NCBI GenBank assembly: GCA_000934665.2
Contig: JYFJ02003405.1
Location: 1-42,373, forward strand
Length of the DNA stretch: 42,373 bases
Reading direction: 5' to 3'
Origin: Catajapyx aquilonaris
Taxonomy: Eukaryota
This document shows, in pieces, positions 9,538 through 21,475 of this stretch. The translations under genes and the position numbers were made by a program. The notes beneath the pieces are model-generated. The model was not told the origin of the DNA and searched no databases. It saw only the letters and a program-made list of their open reading frames with translations. Every line of letters begins with the position of its first letter. The first letter of the stretch is position 1.

Positions 9538-12500
9538 TCAGCACACGACCGATCTGGAGACTTGCATTCTTGACGTTGCTCCTCCGACCGAGTAATTGCT
9601 CATCGATGCCCCACCAAGCGTCCTCTTATTGCTGCATTTTCCTCTTCTGGTGGGCAAGATGCCACTCTTGTTGTAGAAAAATTGGAGCCTTGGATCCCTC
9701 ATGATCTCTGACATCATCTTCTCGTAACCTTTGTACGTGGTGTTCCTGACCTCCTTGCACCTCAGCTCTGCCACCTTCAGTGTCGTCAGCTTGTTCAGAC
9801 AATAATCCTTGAACTCGTTCGTGTCATCCTCCGTCGGATCCTTCTCCGAGAAAGTGTCTTCGAACACGCTCTTGGCCAAGTGCAGGTCCTATAGAATGTT
9901 GATGAGATTGTCACACAGATTTGTCAGGTTAGCAAAAGACCAATGCTGTTGTCTTACCATGCTGGCTTGGTGGTACATTCCCTGTGCAGTCTCTGCCCTC
10001 TTCATGACCTGTCTCCTTAACTTCTCCATCGACTTCTCCAGGATGTACCTGGATTCCTTCACAGAGAACTGGGCTGGACATCCCATCTTCTCCCAGTAAG
10101 GACCCAGGATGTCCAGCTTCTTGCACAGCTTATGGAACACCGCTTCCTGCAAATCTCGATCCTACAAAATATATGGGGTTAAAACATGGTGAGTGAAAAA
10201 TATTAAATCAAGAGTTAAATATTACCTTATTCTTTCTCTCCTCGTGCGCTTGGATATTACGATCGACGTCGAAAGTCTGGTAGTACAAGTGAGACTCGTC
10301 GCCTTCTTCCATAATTTTCTGGCAGAGCGTGGAGAACTGAAAGGTTAGGTAAGGATAGGGTAGGTAAGGTTAGGTACATGTCCACACAGGCACAACTTTA
10401 TTTGACACCAGAGGAGCCATCATACCTCTTCCTCCATGAGTCTCACGTCGAACGGGAACCTCTTGGCCATCTCCTGCATCTTGTAGACGGTGTTGAAGTC
10501 ATCCAGGTGCGAGGGCATGGGCAGACCCAGCCTGGGCCTGTAGTTGATCGTGTCTATCGGGGAGTAGATGGGCTGGAGTCCCTTGGAGTCCATCGGGGGC
10601 TTGGCGTACTCCCTGTAGGCGGTGGTCAGAAAGTGCTTCTCACCGTGGAAGACGAAGGTCACTTTGGACTTTAGCAGGAGGAAGGTGATCTCCGCAATGT
10701 CCTCATGGCAGGGTTTTCTCAGGTCGCGCTCGAACTTCTCGATCACGATCTTGGGAGGGGGAAATATGTCAGAATAACACTGTGAAAGAACTTAGCTCCA
10801 AATTTGCTTACGATAACTGGATATGAGGCCATTGTCTCCTCTCCTGGAGCCAGAGGTCCCTTCTCGAAGATCTGGGTGTGCATCCTGTCCGCCCTGCCCG
10901 AGAACGTCTTGATCAGTGCGGTCCTGGTCCTCTCTGTGCTCAGGAGGCCGTCCTGTCCTCTTTTCACGTTGAACACCAACTTGTGCTGGCCGTACTTGTC
11001 CACAGTGCCGAACGGGAAGTGGTGCTCTGCACACAAAAAAATTAGATCTGTGTATCAGTTTGTCCGGGGTAAGTCATCAGTTTCAGTACCACCACCCCTC
11101 CCTCGACCCTGAGAGTTGCAGTAGTAGCGACGTTGCTCTTATCCGTACATTCCTCACATATAATCACGCATATTTTTATACGTACACGTATACGTTAACG
11201 TACGGTACGCATGAAAGCCGTATGCGTTAAAGTATACGTACACGTAGGCTATACGTTAACGTACGCATAAAAGCCGTATGCGTTAAAGTATACGTACACG
11301 TATACGTTAACGTACGTATAGAAGCCGTATGCGTACGTTAACGTATGCATAAAGCCATATGCGTTAAAGTATACGTACACGTATACGTTAACGTACGTAT
11401 AAAAGCCGCAGGCGTTAAAGTATACGTATACATTAACGTACTCATAAAGACGTAGGCTTACAGTATACGTAAGTATAAAACACGTATACGTACAGTATAC
11501 ATAACTACGTAAGTATAAAAGACGTATACCGGGTATACGTACAGTATACGTAACTACGTAAGTATAAAAGACGTATACGTACACTGTACGTAACTACGTT
11601 AAGTATAAAAGACGTATACGTACACTGTACGTAACTACGTTAAGTATAAAAGACGTATACGTACACTGTACGTAACTACGTTAAGTATAAAAGACGTACG
11701 CTATATCATCGTATACGTTAACGTATAGGCAAAAAAGACGCATACGTAGGCATAAAAGACGTAGACGTATACGTAGGCCAATATATTAACACATACGTAT
11801 ATGGTACGTTAACATAAGTTTGAAAGCCTTGTACGGCGTTATTACCTTGGATCAGATCAGGTCGTCCGAACGCGAAGATCCTCCTGGCCTCCATGGTCTT
11901 CAGGTCCTCCTCCACCACGACCAGCCTGTCCGTCCGGTTGCTGAAGAAGGTACGGACGAAGGTCGGGTTGCTCTTCCGCCTGTTGTACTTGATGGCCCGC
12001 ATCAGCATGTTCTCCTTGTACATGTACGGGGTGTACTTTATCACCACCGCGCCTCGGTACTGGTTCATCTTGGTGCCATCAGGGAATCGGTTCAGTCGGT
12101 CTGAAAATCGGGTATAGAAAATGAGGTACCGGTACCGGTGTCTGTCGGCATGAGGACGCCGTCTTATTCTTACCAAGAGTTGGAACTTTGAGCTGCCTGA
12201 CGTACGACGTCGGGTTGAAAAACAAGGGCTGCTGTTTGGCTCCAGGACGGACCTTACGATGCGACGACTGCTGGTACATGCTGTCGGTGGGCTCGGTCGG
12301 ACGCTTCACTTCGGGCATGGGATCCACGACCCCCATCCAGTTCTCCGTTAATAAGACGTCGTAGGAAAAGCCCTGGACAAACAATTAATTAAATCATACC
12401 AGCGAAACCTCAACGTATATATACTCACTTTCGGATACTCTTCCGGATCCTGCATGTTGATCCAGTAGTTCTCCTCGTTGAACATTCCTTCGACCCCGAA

Positions 12501-15500
12501 GTAGTGCACGTCGTCGTACCTGAAGCTCTCTCCTGTGGTGGGCTCGATGCAGACCTCCTCCTCCAAGTTCATCATTCCAGGTCTGATGACCACCCACGCG
12601 TGAAATCGCTTCCCGAAGTAGCTGTCCGGCGTCCTCTTGCGTATCATCTGCGAGGGGGGAGAAAAACCCGGGTTTCGTATACCCATTTGGTACCCGCATT
12701 TACGGCTTGGGATGGACTCGCTCCCCTCGTGCATACTGGTAGATCCAGATGTGCGCGCATGCGCACACCAACAGTTAGATGCCGATGCATGCGCATACCT
12801 ACTATAATAGGTCGAAATGCCTGCGCATGTTCACATGCACATTTTAGAAGCCGATGTCTGCTCATGCGCAAACCCACCGGTAGAGCCAGATGTGGGCGCA
12901 GGCGCATATAGTCTAACCATTTTTAGAAAGGGACGTGACGTATGATATGTCGTTTCATAAAGCACCAATCAGAGGCAGGATCAGACGGAATAATTGAATC
13001 TCATTGGGAGGGAAGGAGAGGAGGTGTGGCTAGGTGTCCCCTTTTATTTAAAATGTCAGTCCATACCCAGTTGGAGACCGACGACGCCTGCGCATGCGCA
13101 TACCCACTGATAGATCCAGATGTGGGAGCATGCGCATAGTGACTGTCCTAACGGAAGTAGGAACGGTCAGCCAGTCAGAATGCTTCCAGCTGCTACTTTC
13201 TAGAAGAGTGGAGCATTGTGACTGGCCAGTCGTTCATACTTCCGTTAGGACCGTCATCGTTTAAATGGGTCTTTAGTTCCCGACGCCTGCGAATGCGCAT
13301 ACCCACTGGTAGCTCCAGATGTGGGCTCATGCTCATGCCAAACCGGCAAATCCCGACGCCTGCGCAGGTAGATTCCGACTCTGAGCATGCGCATACACGC
13401 AGGTAGAGCCCCATGCCTGCGCATGTGCATCTGGCTGTGGGAGTCACGTTACGTTACCTTCGTGAGAAACTTGAGGTACTTCTCGTCCGAGCTTCTCGCT
13501 CGCTCCGTCTCCCTCTCGTCGCCCAGCAACATGTACTTGTCGTACTCGCTGTCCAGCAAGGGCCTCTCTGCGATCTCGTACTTGTTCCGCTGCTTCTTTG
13601 TAGACGGGACCGTCTCTTCCCTGCGGACCTGCTCGCACTCGGAGTCTCCCTTCTCCTGGAGACAAGTGTCCCTGTCCGCGATGCCCCAGACCACGAAGGC
13701 GTCGAAGCAGTGGCCTCTGAGGAAGCAGGTCAGGACGATGGCCATCTCCATGCAGTTGGCAGACTTCGCATGGAGCACGGCAGTGCCCGAAGAAACCGTC
13801 GCAGGCTGGACAAAAATGGAGTCGTTAGAACAAAAAAAAATTACCTCGGACCAAGCCCGCCGTATACTGACCGCACGATCCGGAAACGGCAGCGGACGGT
13901 ACTGAAAGTAGTCTGCCACAAACGAGGCCAGTTCCTTGTGGTTGCCGAACTGCGGTATCAACGAAGGTCTGATCATCCAAGGAAGGAATTTCTGTCGGGG
14001 AAAAGAAACAGGTTCAGACACACATACGTACGACTTATTACGTCGTACGACTTATTACGTCGTACGACTTATTACGTACTGTTTACCCCCTCACAATTTG
14101 AGACTCTGTCGCACGACCAGACGCTTTGCGACCGACAAAAATGGGATCTCCTATAGGTCCTCCGGTCGGAACGACTGCAGGCATGCGACCGTTTCTATTT
14201 TGGTCGGTTTACGCCCTCGCGATTTGAGCCTCTGTCGCACGGCCAGACACTTTTTCGACCGACAAAAGTTAGTACCGGTACCTCTAAATCCGGTTGGTTG
14301 GTCGCATGCCCTCAGTCGTTGCGACCGGACGTACGGGAGCATATTTTTGTCGGTCGCAAAGGGCCTGGTCGTGCTACCGAGGCTCAAAACTCGTGAGGGC
14401 GTAAACAAGTTTACGACACACCGAAGGACACATATGTACGACTTAAGGCCTGTTTACGCCCTCACGATTTGAGCCTCGGTCGCATGCCTTCAGTCGTTGC
14501 GACCGGACTTAGAGGAACATATTGTTGTCGGTCGCAAAGGCCCTGGTCGTGCGACCGACGCTCAAAACTCGTGAGGGCGTAAACAAGTTTACGACACACC
14601 GAATGACACATATGTACGACTTAAAGGCCTGTTTACGCCCTCGCGATTTGAGCCTCGGTCGCATGACCAGACCCTTTGCCACCGAACAAAAATGGGCTCC
14701 ACTAGGTCCGGTCGGAACGCCAATTCGACCAATCGGATGCCTCAAGTCGTAGGTAGGGGATACCCATTTTTGTCGGTCGCAAAGCATCTGGTCGTGCGAA
14801 CGAGGCTCAAAACTCGTGAGGGCGTTAACTATAGCCTTTTTTTATATACCTGCACGCCGCATTCGTTAACGGCGCACAGAAACGGCTCCTTGCGATCCGG
14901 AAACTTGTTATTGAACTGTCGCCTGAAGTTCTCGACCTTCCACATCACGGCCTTTTCCATTACGGAGTTCTGGACGTACGATTCCGGACACACGTCGCGC
15001 CTGCAACGGACAATGATGTTGACAGACCCGCTTCCATGCCCCTTTACGCCCTCACGATTTGAGCCTCGGTCGCACGACCGGTTTGCGACCGACAAGAATT
15101 GGTATTGTCGGTCACATGCCAATTTTTGTCGATCGCAAAACCCTCCGGTCGTGCGACCGAGGCTCAAATCGTGAGGGCGTGTGCCACACATACCAAGACG
15201 CAGCCTCGTCGACCGATGTAGCCCGATTGCTTCTCTTGGGCTTGGAGAAGCTGAGGTCGATCCTGTGGACCATGTTGGGCATCTTGAGGGCGCCTTTGAA
15301 GCTCAGCATGTTCTTCGCCTTGGCCCGCGCCTTCTGGAGCGCCGGACAGTACCAGTCCTTCTTGTCGTACGAGTTCAGCATCATCTGTTCCGCCCACATC
15401 ACGACCTGCACAGGCGCGTTGGTCGGAAGGTGTCTGAAGGTCTCCCTGAGCGAGTCCAGGTCAATGTCTGACCTGGTGAACGGCGTCTCCATGTCCAATC

Positions 15501-17473
15501 CAGTGTTGGAGCAGTCCGGAACCTCCAGGTACCTCCTTGGCCTCCGGAGTCCGAACACCCAGCGCTTCTCCTGTAGCGTCCAGTCGTCCAGCATCCGGTT
15601 CTTGTCCGCCATCACTCTCTTGTTGGTCACCTGAACCTCCTCCTCCAACATATCGCTGTCGACAACTGAAGGACGTCGGTTCAGGCTCGAGCCCGACTTA
15701 TCCCTGAAGCTCGTCAGGGACGTCGAATCCCACCTATAGGCACCGGCAGGGATTAATGGCCGGGTTTTCGGGGCTGATCTTTACTACGCAGCGAAGTGGC
15801 GGGAAGTGGCGTTCTGGCCCCGCCAGGCAGGGTCCGTCCATTAGCATGATGCTTTTAGTAAATTGCGGTTCTGGACGCTTGTTTATTGCGAAAGTGGCGC
15901 CGCAGACCAACGAACGTTATTGTGGGTTTGCCACTCGGGCGCTCCCCGATGAACTATCCCGTGCAGCCACCCCACCACCACGTTCGCGTATAGTAAAGAA
16001 CATACCTGCCGAAACTGGGCTCGCCGCTTCGTCTGGCCATGTTGTCCTCTTCGTCCGAGTCGAACTCTGACGGATCGGACGTGTCCTCCGAGCTGTCCGT
16101 CTCGTCCGACGACGTGTACTCTTCCTTCGAGCTCATGTCCGGTGCTATGTATCCGGAGCTGGTCTCCCAGTGGAACTTCTTCACCGGACCTTTTGGTTCG
16201 TCCGCCTTCATCTTCTTGTCGTCGGACAAGTCGTCCACAATGGTAAGGTCTTCCGGACGTCGCTCGTAATCCAGGCCGTACCTGCAATGGCCGATGGAAG
16301 TGTCATAGTCTGTATCCCCCCGGGAGAGCCCTCACGATTTTAACCTCGAGTCGCACGACCAGAAATCGCAAAAGCGTCTGGTCGTGCACGATCTGAACCC
16401 TCCGTCGCACGACCAGACGCTTTTGCGACCGACGAAATTTCGCTTCCCTATGTCCGGTCTAGACGACTGAAGACATGCGACCGTTTCTACTTCGGTCGGT
16501 TTGGCCGTCGCATGCCTCCAGTCGTGCGACCGAGGCTTAAATCGTCGGGGGAAAAATGTCGTATGCCTCTATAGTTGTCTCGAATTTTTGTCTGTCGCAA
16601 AACTCTGGTCGTGCGACCGAGCCTCAAATAGTGAAAATTATGAGAGAAAAATGTCACATGCCTCCAGCTAGGCGTCCCGACCGGACCTAGGGGAGCCTAT
16701 TTTTGTCAGTCGGAAAGCGTCTGGTCGTACGACCGAGGCTCAAATCGTGAAAACGATTTAAAAAACTGCGCATGCTTCCAGTCGGACGTCCCGACCGGAC
16801 CTAGGGGAAACCTATTGTCGGTCGCACGACTAGAGGCTTTGCAGAGCCTCTGGTCGTGCGACCGAGGCTCTAAATAGTGAGGGCGCAGTAAACAAAGCCT
16901 TTACCTGGCCATGATCCGTTGCTCGGAGGCCAGCATCCTCTTCTCCATGTCCTCGAGGTTCAGTACGTCGTTCGCCAGACCACGTGGGGATTTCTTTGGC
17001 TGTCGTGTTAGGACCGACGGAATATCGTCCTCGTCCTCGTCCTCCTCCACCTGTTCCTCATCAGCAGGTACGCCTTGGTACAGCTCCCAGTCCTCGTCCG
17101 CCTCTTCGTCATCCTCTTCCCCTGATGAATGGCCCGAAGGCGACGGTAATTTCCAACTCAGCTTGCTCTTGGCCTTCTTCGCCTTCTCCTTCCTCTTCCA
17201 CTCATCCCAGGTGTTACCCACGTAGTACTTGTAGTACACATCCGCTTTGGCCCATCTGTCACCGGCCTTCCAAGGCTCCAGTGGCAAATCGGAGTCGACG
17301 GATATCGAATCGGTCGTACTCTGATGTACGGATGCGCCATCATCTTGGGTGCGTGTTGACGGGGAAGAACCGGAGGAAGATGACGATGACACGAGGGTGC
17401 CGATGGAGCTTACCTCGGATTCAACTGTTGGCCACGAAAGCAAGTCGTCTATATCTTCAGAGTCTGTCTCCAT
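9538..17473 (-). CDS. DRC7: Dynein regulatory complex subunit 7 (CCDC135 / lost boys), 14 exons, ~1293 aa
   Basis: Exons 17473-16905, 16281-16006, 15733-15194, 15000-14850, 13991-13872, 13805-13458, 12647-12429, 12372-12174, 12100-11846, 11026-10812, 10749-10426, 10336-10226, 10161-9958, 9888-9538; all GT-AG and phase-compatible (3882 nt). Motifs PESY..N, ENFRRQF..PDR..FL..NECGVQKF, NCMEMA..L..GH.FDAFVV.G, FHAWVVI, IEPTTG, NYWINMQ and the C-terminal DPRL match DRC7. The first three exons are linked by phase only. Confidence 0.9.
11165..11820. repeat. TACGTA/GTATAC-rich intronic minisatellite including a 41-bp unit x3
   Basis: acactgtacgtaactacgttaagtataaaagacgtatacgt at 11581, 11622 and 11663, plus degenerate units (aaagccgtatgcgttaaagtatacgtacacg) at 11214-11430. 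Confidence 0.9.
12730..13435. repeat. Intronic repeat built on GCGCATGCGCA and tagatccagatgtgg units
   Basis: Repeated ggtagatccagatgtg(g/c)gcgcatgcgca and gacgcctgcgcatgcgcatacccactg blocks at ~12738, 12879, 13083, 13282 and 13385. Confidence 0.8.
14081..14826. mobile_element. Array of MITE-like elements with ~35-bp terminal inverted repeats (ACGCCCTCACGATTTGAGCCTCGGTCGCACGACC family)
   Basis: TIR pairs at ~14208-14404, 14453-14583 and 14632-14824 plus a partial left end at 14082. The spacer aaacaagtttacgacacaccgaa.gacacatatgtacgactta repeats between copies. Confidence 0.75.
15046..15180. mobile_element. 135-bp MITE, perfect 36-bp terminal inverted repeats
   Basis: acgccctcacgatttgagcctcggtcgcacgaccgg ... 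ccggtcgtgcgaccgaggctcaaatcgtgagggcgt; occupies most of a 193-nt DRC7 intron. Confidence 0.8.
16328..16885. mobile_element. Degenerate/nested copies of the same MITE family in the first DRC7 intron
   Basis: Left end gccctcacgattttaacctcgagtcgcacgacc at 16328; several right ends gtcgtgcgaccgaggctcaaatcgtga at ~16521, 16609, 16724 and 16853. Confidence 0.7.
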
Positions 17474-17559
17474 CTTTTATGGTCGTACAACTGCAATCAA
17501 ATGGGGTTCATTATTCAAACTGTAGCTGCTAACCAAACGATGGTCTTGGTGAGGAGGGG

Positions 17560-17780
17560 AGGGTAAGAGCGCCATAGTGTGGCTGCCATACCCAACTTTA
17601 TTTTTAAAATCTCAAATTTTGGGCAAGTAGACTCGAAAAAGTTCAGTTTTCAGACGTTTCCATCAATCAGCTGCACGTAAGACGTCAGTGTGCCAAGTTT
17701 CAGCACTCTCAGTAGTCCGGAAGTGGGTTAGCTAGGTAGCCGGGACATACAGACAAACTTTCTGTTTTATGTATGTAAGA
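17560..17780 (-). mobile_element. Possible non-autonomous Helitron-like element end
   Basis: Minus strand begins a|TCttacatacataaaacagaaagtttgtctgtatgtcc and contains tgaaacttggcaca, a layout recalling short arthropod Helitron derivatives. 3' CTRR end not identified. Confidence 0.4.
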
Positions 17781-18323
17781 TTACAAAAAATGAAAAATCA
17801 AATGAAGAGATAGAAAGTGGAGTGTTGATACTCTATACTGGCGCTTAACATGTTTTTCTCCCGAGCCCGTTAAATATGAACCATTAATATAGCCCTACTG
17901 TATTAAACTAGACGTAACAGCAGGTTTCTCATGCAGGCAATGGACGTGTCGTAGACTGTATCAGCTCTATAATCCTAACTATCTCACTATAGCACCTCCA
18001 GTACGATTAATTGATCTGGTTCCGTTAATTGGTACGAACCGCCTCTGCATACAATATCATACTCACTTTTGAATGATTATAATTTAGTCCAGAATGACGT
18101 GAATTGTTGGCCCGGATAGTCTCCGGGGACGCACAGTTGGTCGTGTCTGTCCCTGGATCGAGATGTTACATTACTGGGCGTTTTATTCCGTTGCTAATTG
18201 ACGGACGGCTGCTACCATGGCCACCACATGTTTTGTCGATTGTCGGGCCTTTCCCCCCCTATGATAATAACACGCGAGGTTAGAGTACAGGGTGGTCCAG
18301 AAACACACTATTGTCTGACTGTA

Positions 18324-18359
<36 letters not shown>

Positions 18360-18360
18360 C

Positions 18361-18426
<66 letters not shown>

Positions 18427-18478
18427 CGTTGTAGGGCTGTATACAGTAGGAGTTGTAGCTAGCAGTAGCAGCAGCAGT
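18324..18478. repeat. Compound microsatellite (GTA)n-(GTT)n-(GCA)n
   Basis: Direct reading; explains the poly-Val ORF. A complementary (AAC)n run lies at 18872-18906. Confidence 0.95.
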
Positions 18479-18870
18479 ATAATAATATGTTTGATAATTT
18501 TGATTGTTATTGATTTATGAAGTTATTTAATTTATTTCTTATTCATTTATTTGATTTACTTGTGTTACTGATTTCTTGTCATTAATTACCTTATTTTAAT
18601 TTATTTTTGTCATTATTTACCATATTTTAATTTATTTTTGTAATGACTTACCATATTTTAATTTATGTTATTTATTTGTCATTTATTTTGTTATTGATTT
18701 AAATCCATTAATTTATTATGCGTTATTACCTTACCTTATTAATTAATTCAAATAATTTTTGTTATTAATTAAAATTCATTAATTTATTATGCATTATTAA
18801 TTTACCTTATTAATAAATTAAATCTATTATTTATAAATGTACTGTACATTTGTTTTATTTAATAATAATA

Positions 18871-18907
<37 letters not shown>

Positions 18908-19965
18908 TGGGTAGTGCACTGACCTGATATTGCACATGTAACATTTAAATAAATTAATATTATAGGTAAGTGATACGGCGCTAATAAAATGTCCTTAATT
19001 TGCATCATTAATATATTGCATCACTTATTTCAAATAATGAGCAATCAATTTTTGATGTGCAAACTGGGCCAATGTCAAACTTTACTTTGATAAATAATTA
19101 CTGTTACATTCTAGTAAGAGTAAAATCTCAACATAGCTTCTGGTGCGATTTATTATTAGCACTTTTGAAAAAAAAGTATGCAAAGTCTTCAGACTAATAA
19201 TTATTGTAATTAAATACCTGCAAAAAATAAACAAGACAACAAAACCAGCTGGTACAGTAAGTAGGCTATATTTTTTATTTAAATTAAGACATTAAAATCT
19301 TTAACATTGCTGAATCACTCAGAACAACTATTAAAATTAAAAATAAGAACATGCAAAAAAAAATCAAGATGAAACTCAGAGTCACATTATATTGAGTTCT
19401 TTTTGGTAAATCATAATAAATTAAAATACATTAAATAAAAAGTGTGTTGGCAACTAATGGCATAAGAGCTGCATATGCACTGCTGTAAATGAGTTAAATT
19501 ATGAAAAAATTGCATTTTAAATGCAAACCAACAATCGAATTTAAAAAAAGATAAATAAATAATAAATAAAATAAAAATGAAAGATATAAAAAGAATAAGA
19601 CACTTATTAGCATGTCGGAAGCTTTTGAATCGACCCTAGCGATTGCTAATATAATAATCATTAATTGAATAATTAACCGACATATCTTGTCATCAGGTGA
19701 GCTTCAACATGAAGTATTCATCAGTCTTTCCAGCGACCAGGATAATTTCCCCCAATTTCACGAGGAAGATTCATAGCTGTCGGATGTGCCTCCAATTTTG
19801 CGGTCTTCACCTCTGCAGACTTGCAGACCTGAAATACAATCAACGGGTAAGAATTGATGGCTTCATAATTTTACCGCACTTGTAAGACTTGCAGGAAAAT
19901 AATGTGAATCATTGCTCAAATAAAACCATGCATTATATTGATTTCTAGATGTGTCTCGACAAATC

Positions 19966-21475
19966 TTACCATGAGCCAGGAATCCACTTGACCATCCGGT
20001 CCATGTTGTCAAACACTTTGACGCAGAGGGCAGGATGCAACGTCTCAATGGTGTCCCAGCAGGAGGATGAAGTAAGCTGGGCGCAATGGTTAATCCTCAG
20101 AATCTGGAGCTTCGAGCAGCTCGAAAGAAGCTGAAGCAAGCCGTCCGCAGTGATGAGCCAACAGGAGGATATGGTGATGCGGGTCAGTCGGGGGCAGCTT
20201 GACCCAATGACCGACAAGGCATGGTCATTAAGGTTGGACAATAAGCTCAGTCCGAGGTACTCCAGCCGTCTGACTACTGGCGTCGTAGAGAAGAACGTGA
20301 TGATCTCTTGGGCTGTGCTGCCTGTCATGCACCCTAGGTACAAGCGACTCAGTATCGGCAGCGTGGCGATTCCTATCTGGAGGTGTCTTAGCGGCATATC
20401 GCCCATCATGGTAATACTCAAGTCCTCGAGAACCCGGCAATGCCTGATAAGCTGGAGCGACTTAGGGTTCTTAAAGTCCGCAACTCGCAGTACACGCAAC
20501 TGCTTCCCAACCGCAGCGGTCACAACCTCCAGCTCCAAGTCCTTATCGCCTTCGCCCCACTCCAGCCGGATGTCCGTCAGCTTCGGCCAGTCCCTACCGA
20601 CCAGCTTCAGTCGCTCCACATGTCTTACCAGCCCGTAGCAGTATGACGTCAGGGCCAGCTTCTCTAGCGTCGGGGAACCAGCAAAAATATCTAGGATATG
20701 CCGACTCTCCAGCGGTATCACAATGCGCCAACAGTTCAGCTCCTTCAACGCCTTACATCTGTAACAATACTATTGTCAGTACTGGTACCGGTATGACAAT
20801 GAACGCAACGACTCACCTGTAGGCCACATTCTCAAGCGTATCGCATGAGTCGAACCAACATCTGTTCAGTGCGAGCGACTCCAGTTCCGGTACACATAAT
20901 GTCAGCATCTCCACCACTTGGTCCGCACGTGTTTCCTCCCATCGCACCAGCCGCACCTTCTTGATCCGGTCGCCCGCACATGTGACCAGCTGCGTTGCTC
21001 GCTCCAGGCTGAAGTCGTGAGCGTCCATTGTGAGCTCAGCCCACAGCGACTGATCCCACACCAGCTTCTCCCAGTCCTTACACACCAACGCAGCACGCAT
21101 CAACCGATCCTCCAGCGGCAGGTAGGAAAACACACGCAACTGCATCTCAACCGGAAGGTTGCTGAAGACCAACGTACTTCTATGCTCCACATCATCCTTA
21201 ATTAAATCCATTAATTAATTAATATTAGTTATGTATTAGGTGCTATTTATGATATATATTTATTTTAGTATTGGTTATTATACCTCACATTTCTTCTTGT
21301 AGCTTCCCTGCATGGCGTCCTCTGCAGCTTCATGGTCCATCTTGTAGCCTCCGAAAGCCCAGCATCTGAAGAGAGCCATGGTGAAGACGTGCGGAGCCAA
21401 CAAAGCGACGCCAACAAGTAAAACTGGATAAAACTGGCGCCTCAAATGTGGCGCCGTGACGTCATCGTTACTCAT
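19966..21475 (-). CDS. F-box/LRR-repeat protein (FBXL-type), 3 exons
   Basis: Exons (21475 or 21340)-21284, 21196-20817, 20758-19966. F-box FSNLPVEMQLRVFSYLPLEDRLMRAALVCKDWEKLVWDQSLW and Cys-containing LRRs (LNDHALSVIGSSCPRLTRITISSCWLITADGL...CSKLQILRINHCAQLT). Start ATG uncertain; a donor-like gtaaga overlaps the stop. Confidence 0.85.

Noticed and set aside
9889..9891. Apparent in-frame TAG in DRC7
   Set aside because: It is the acceptor of a 69-nt intron (donor gtaaga at 9957); splicing restores the frame.
14081..14826. Regularly recurring ~35-bp repeats as CRISPR-like
   Set aside because: Repeats alternate in orientation (TIR pairs) and the intervening sequences are related to each other; MITE array.
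18210..18223. X-box-like GCTACCATGGCCAC upstream of DRC7
   Set aside because: Two mismatches, one in the critical GGCAAC half, and ~740 bp from the ATG; too weak without conservation data.
18311..18520. Poly-Val ORF
   Set aside because: Translation of a (GTA)n/(GTT)n microsatellite.
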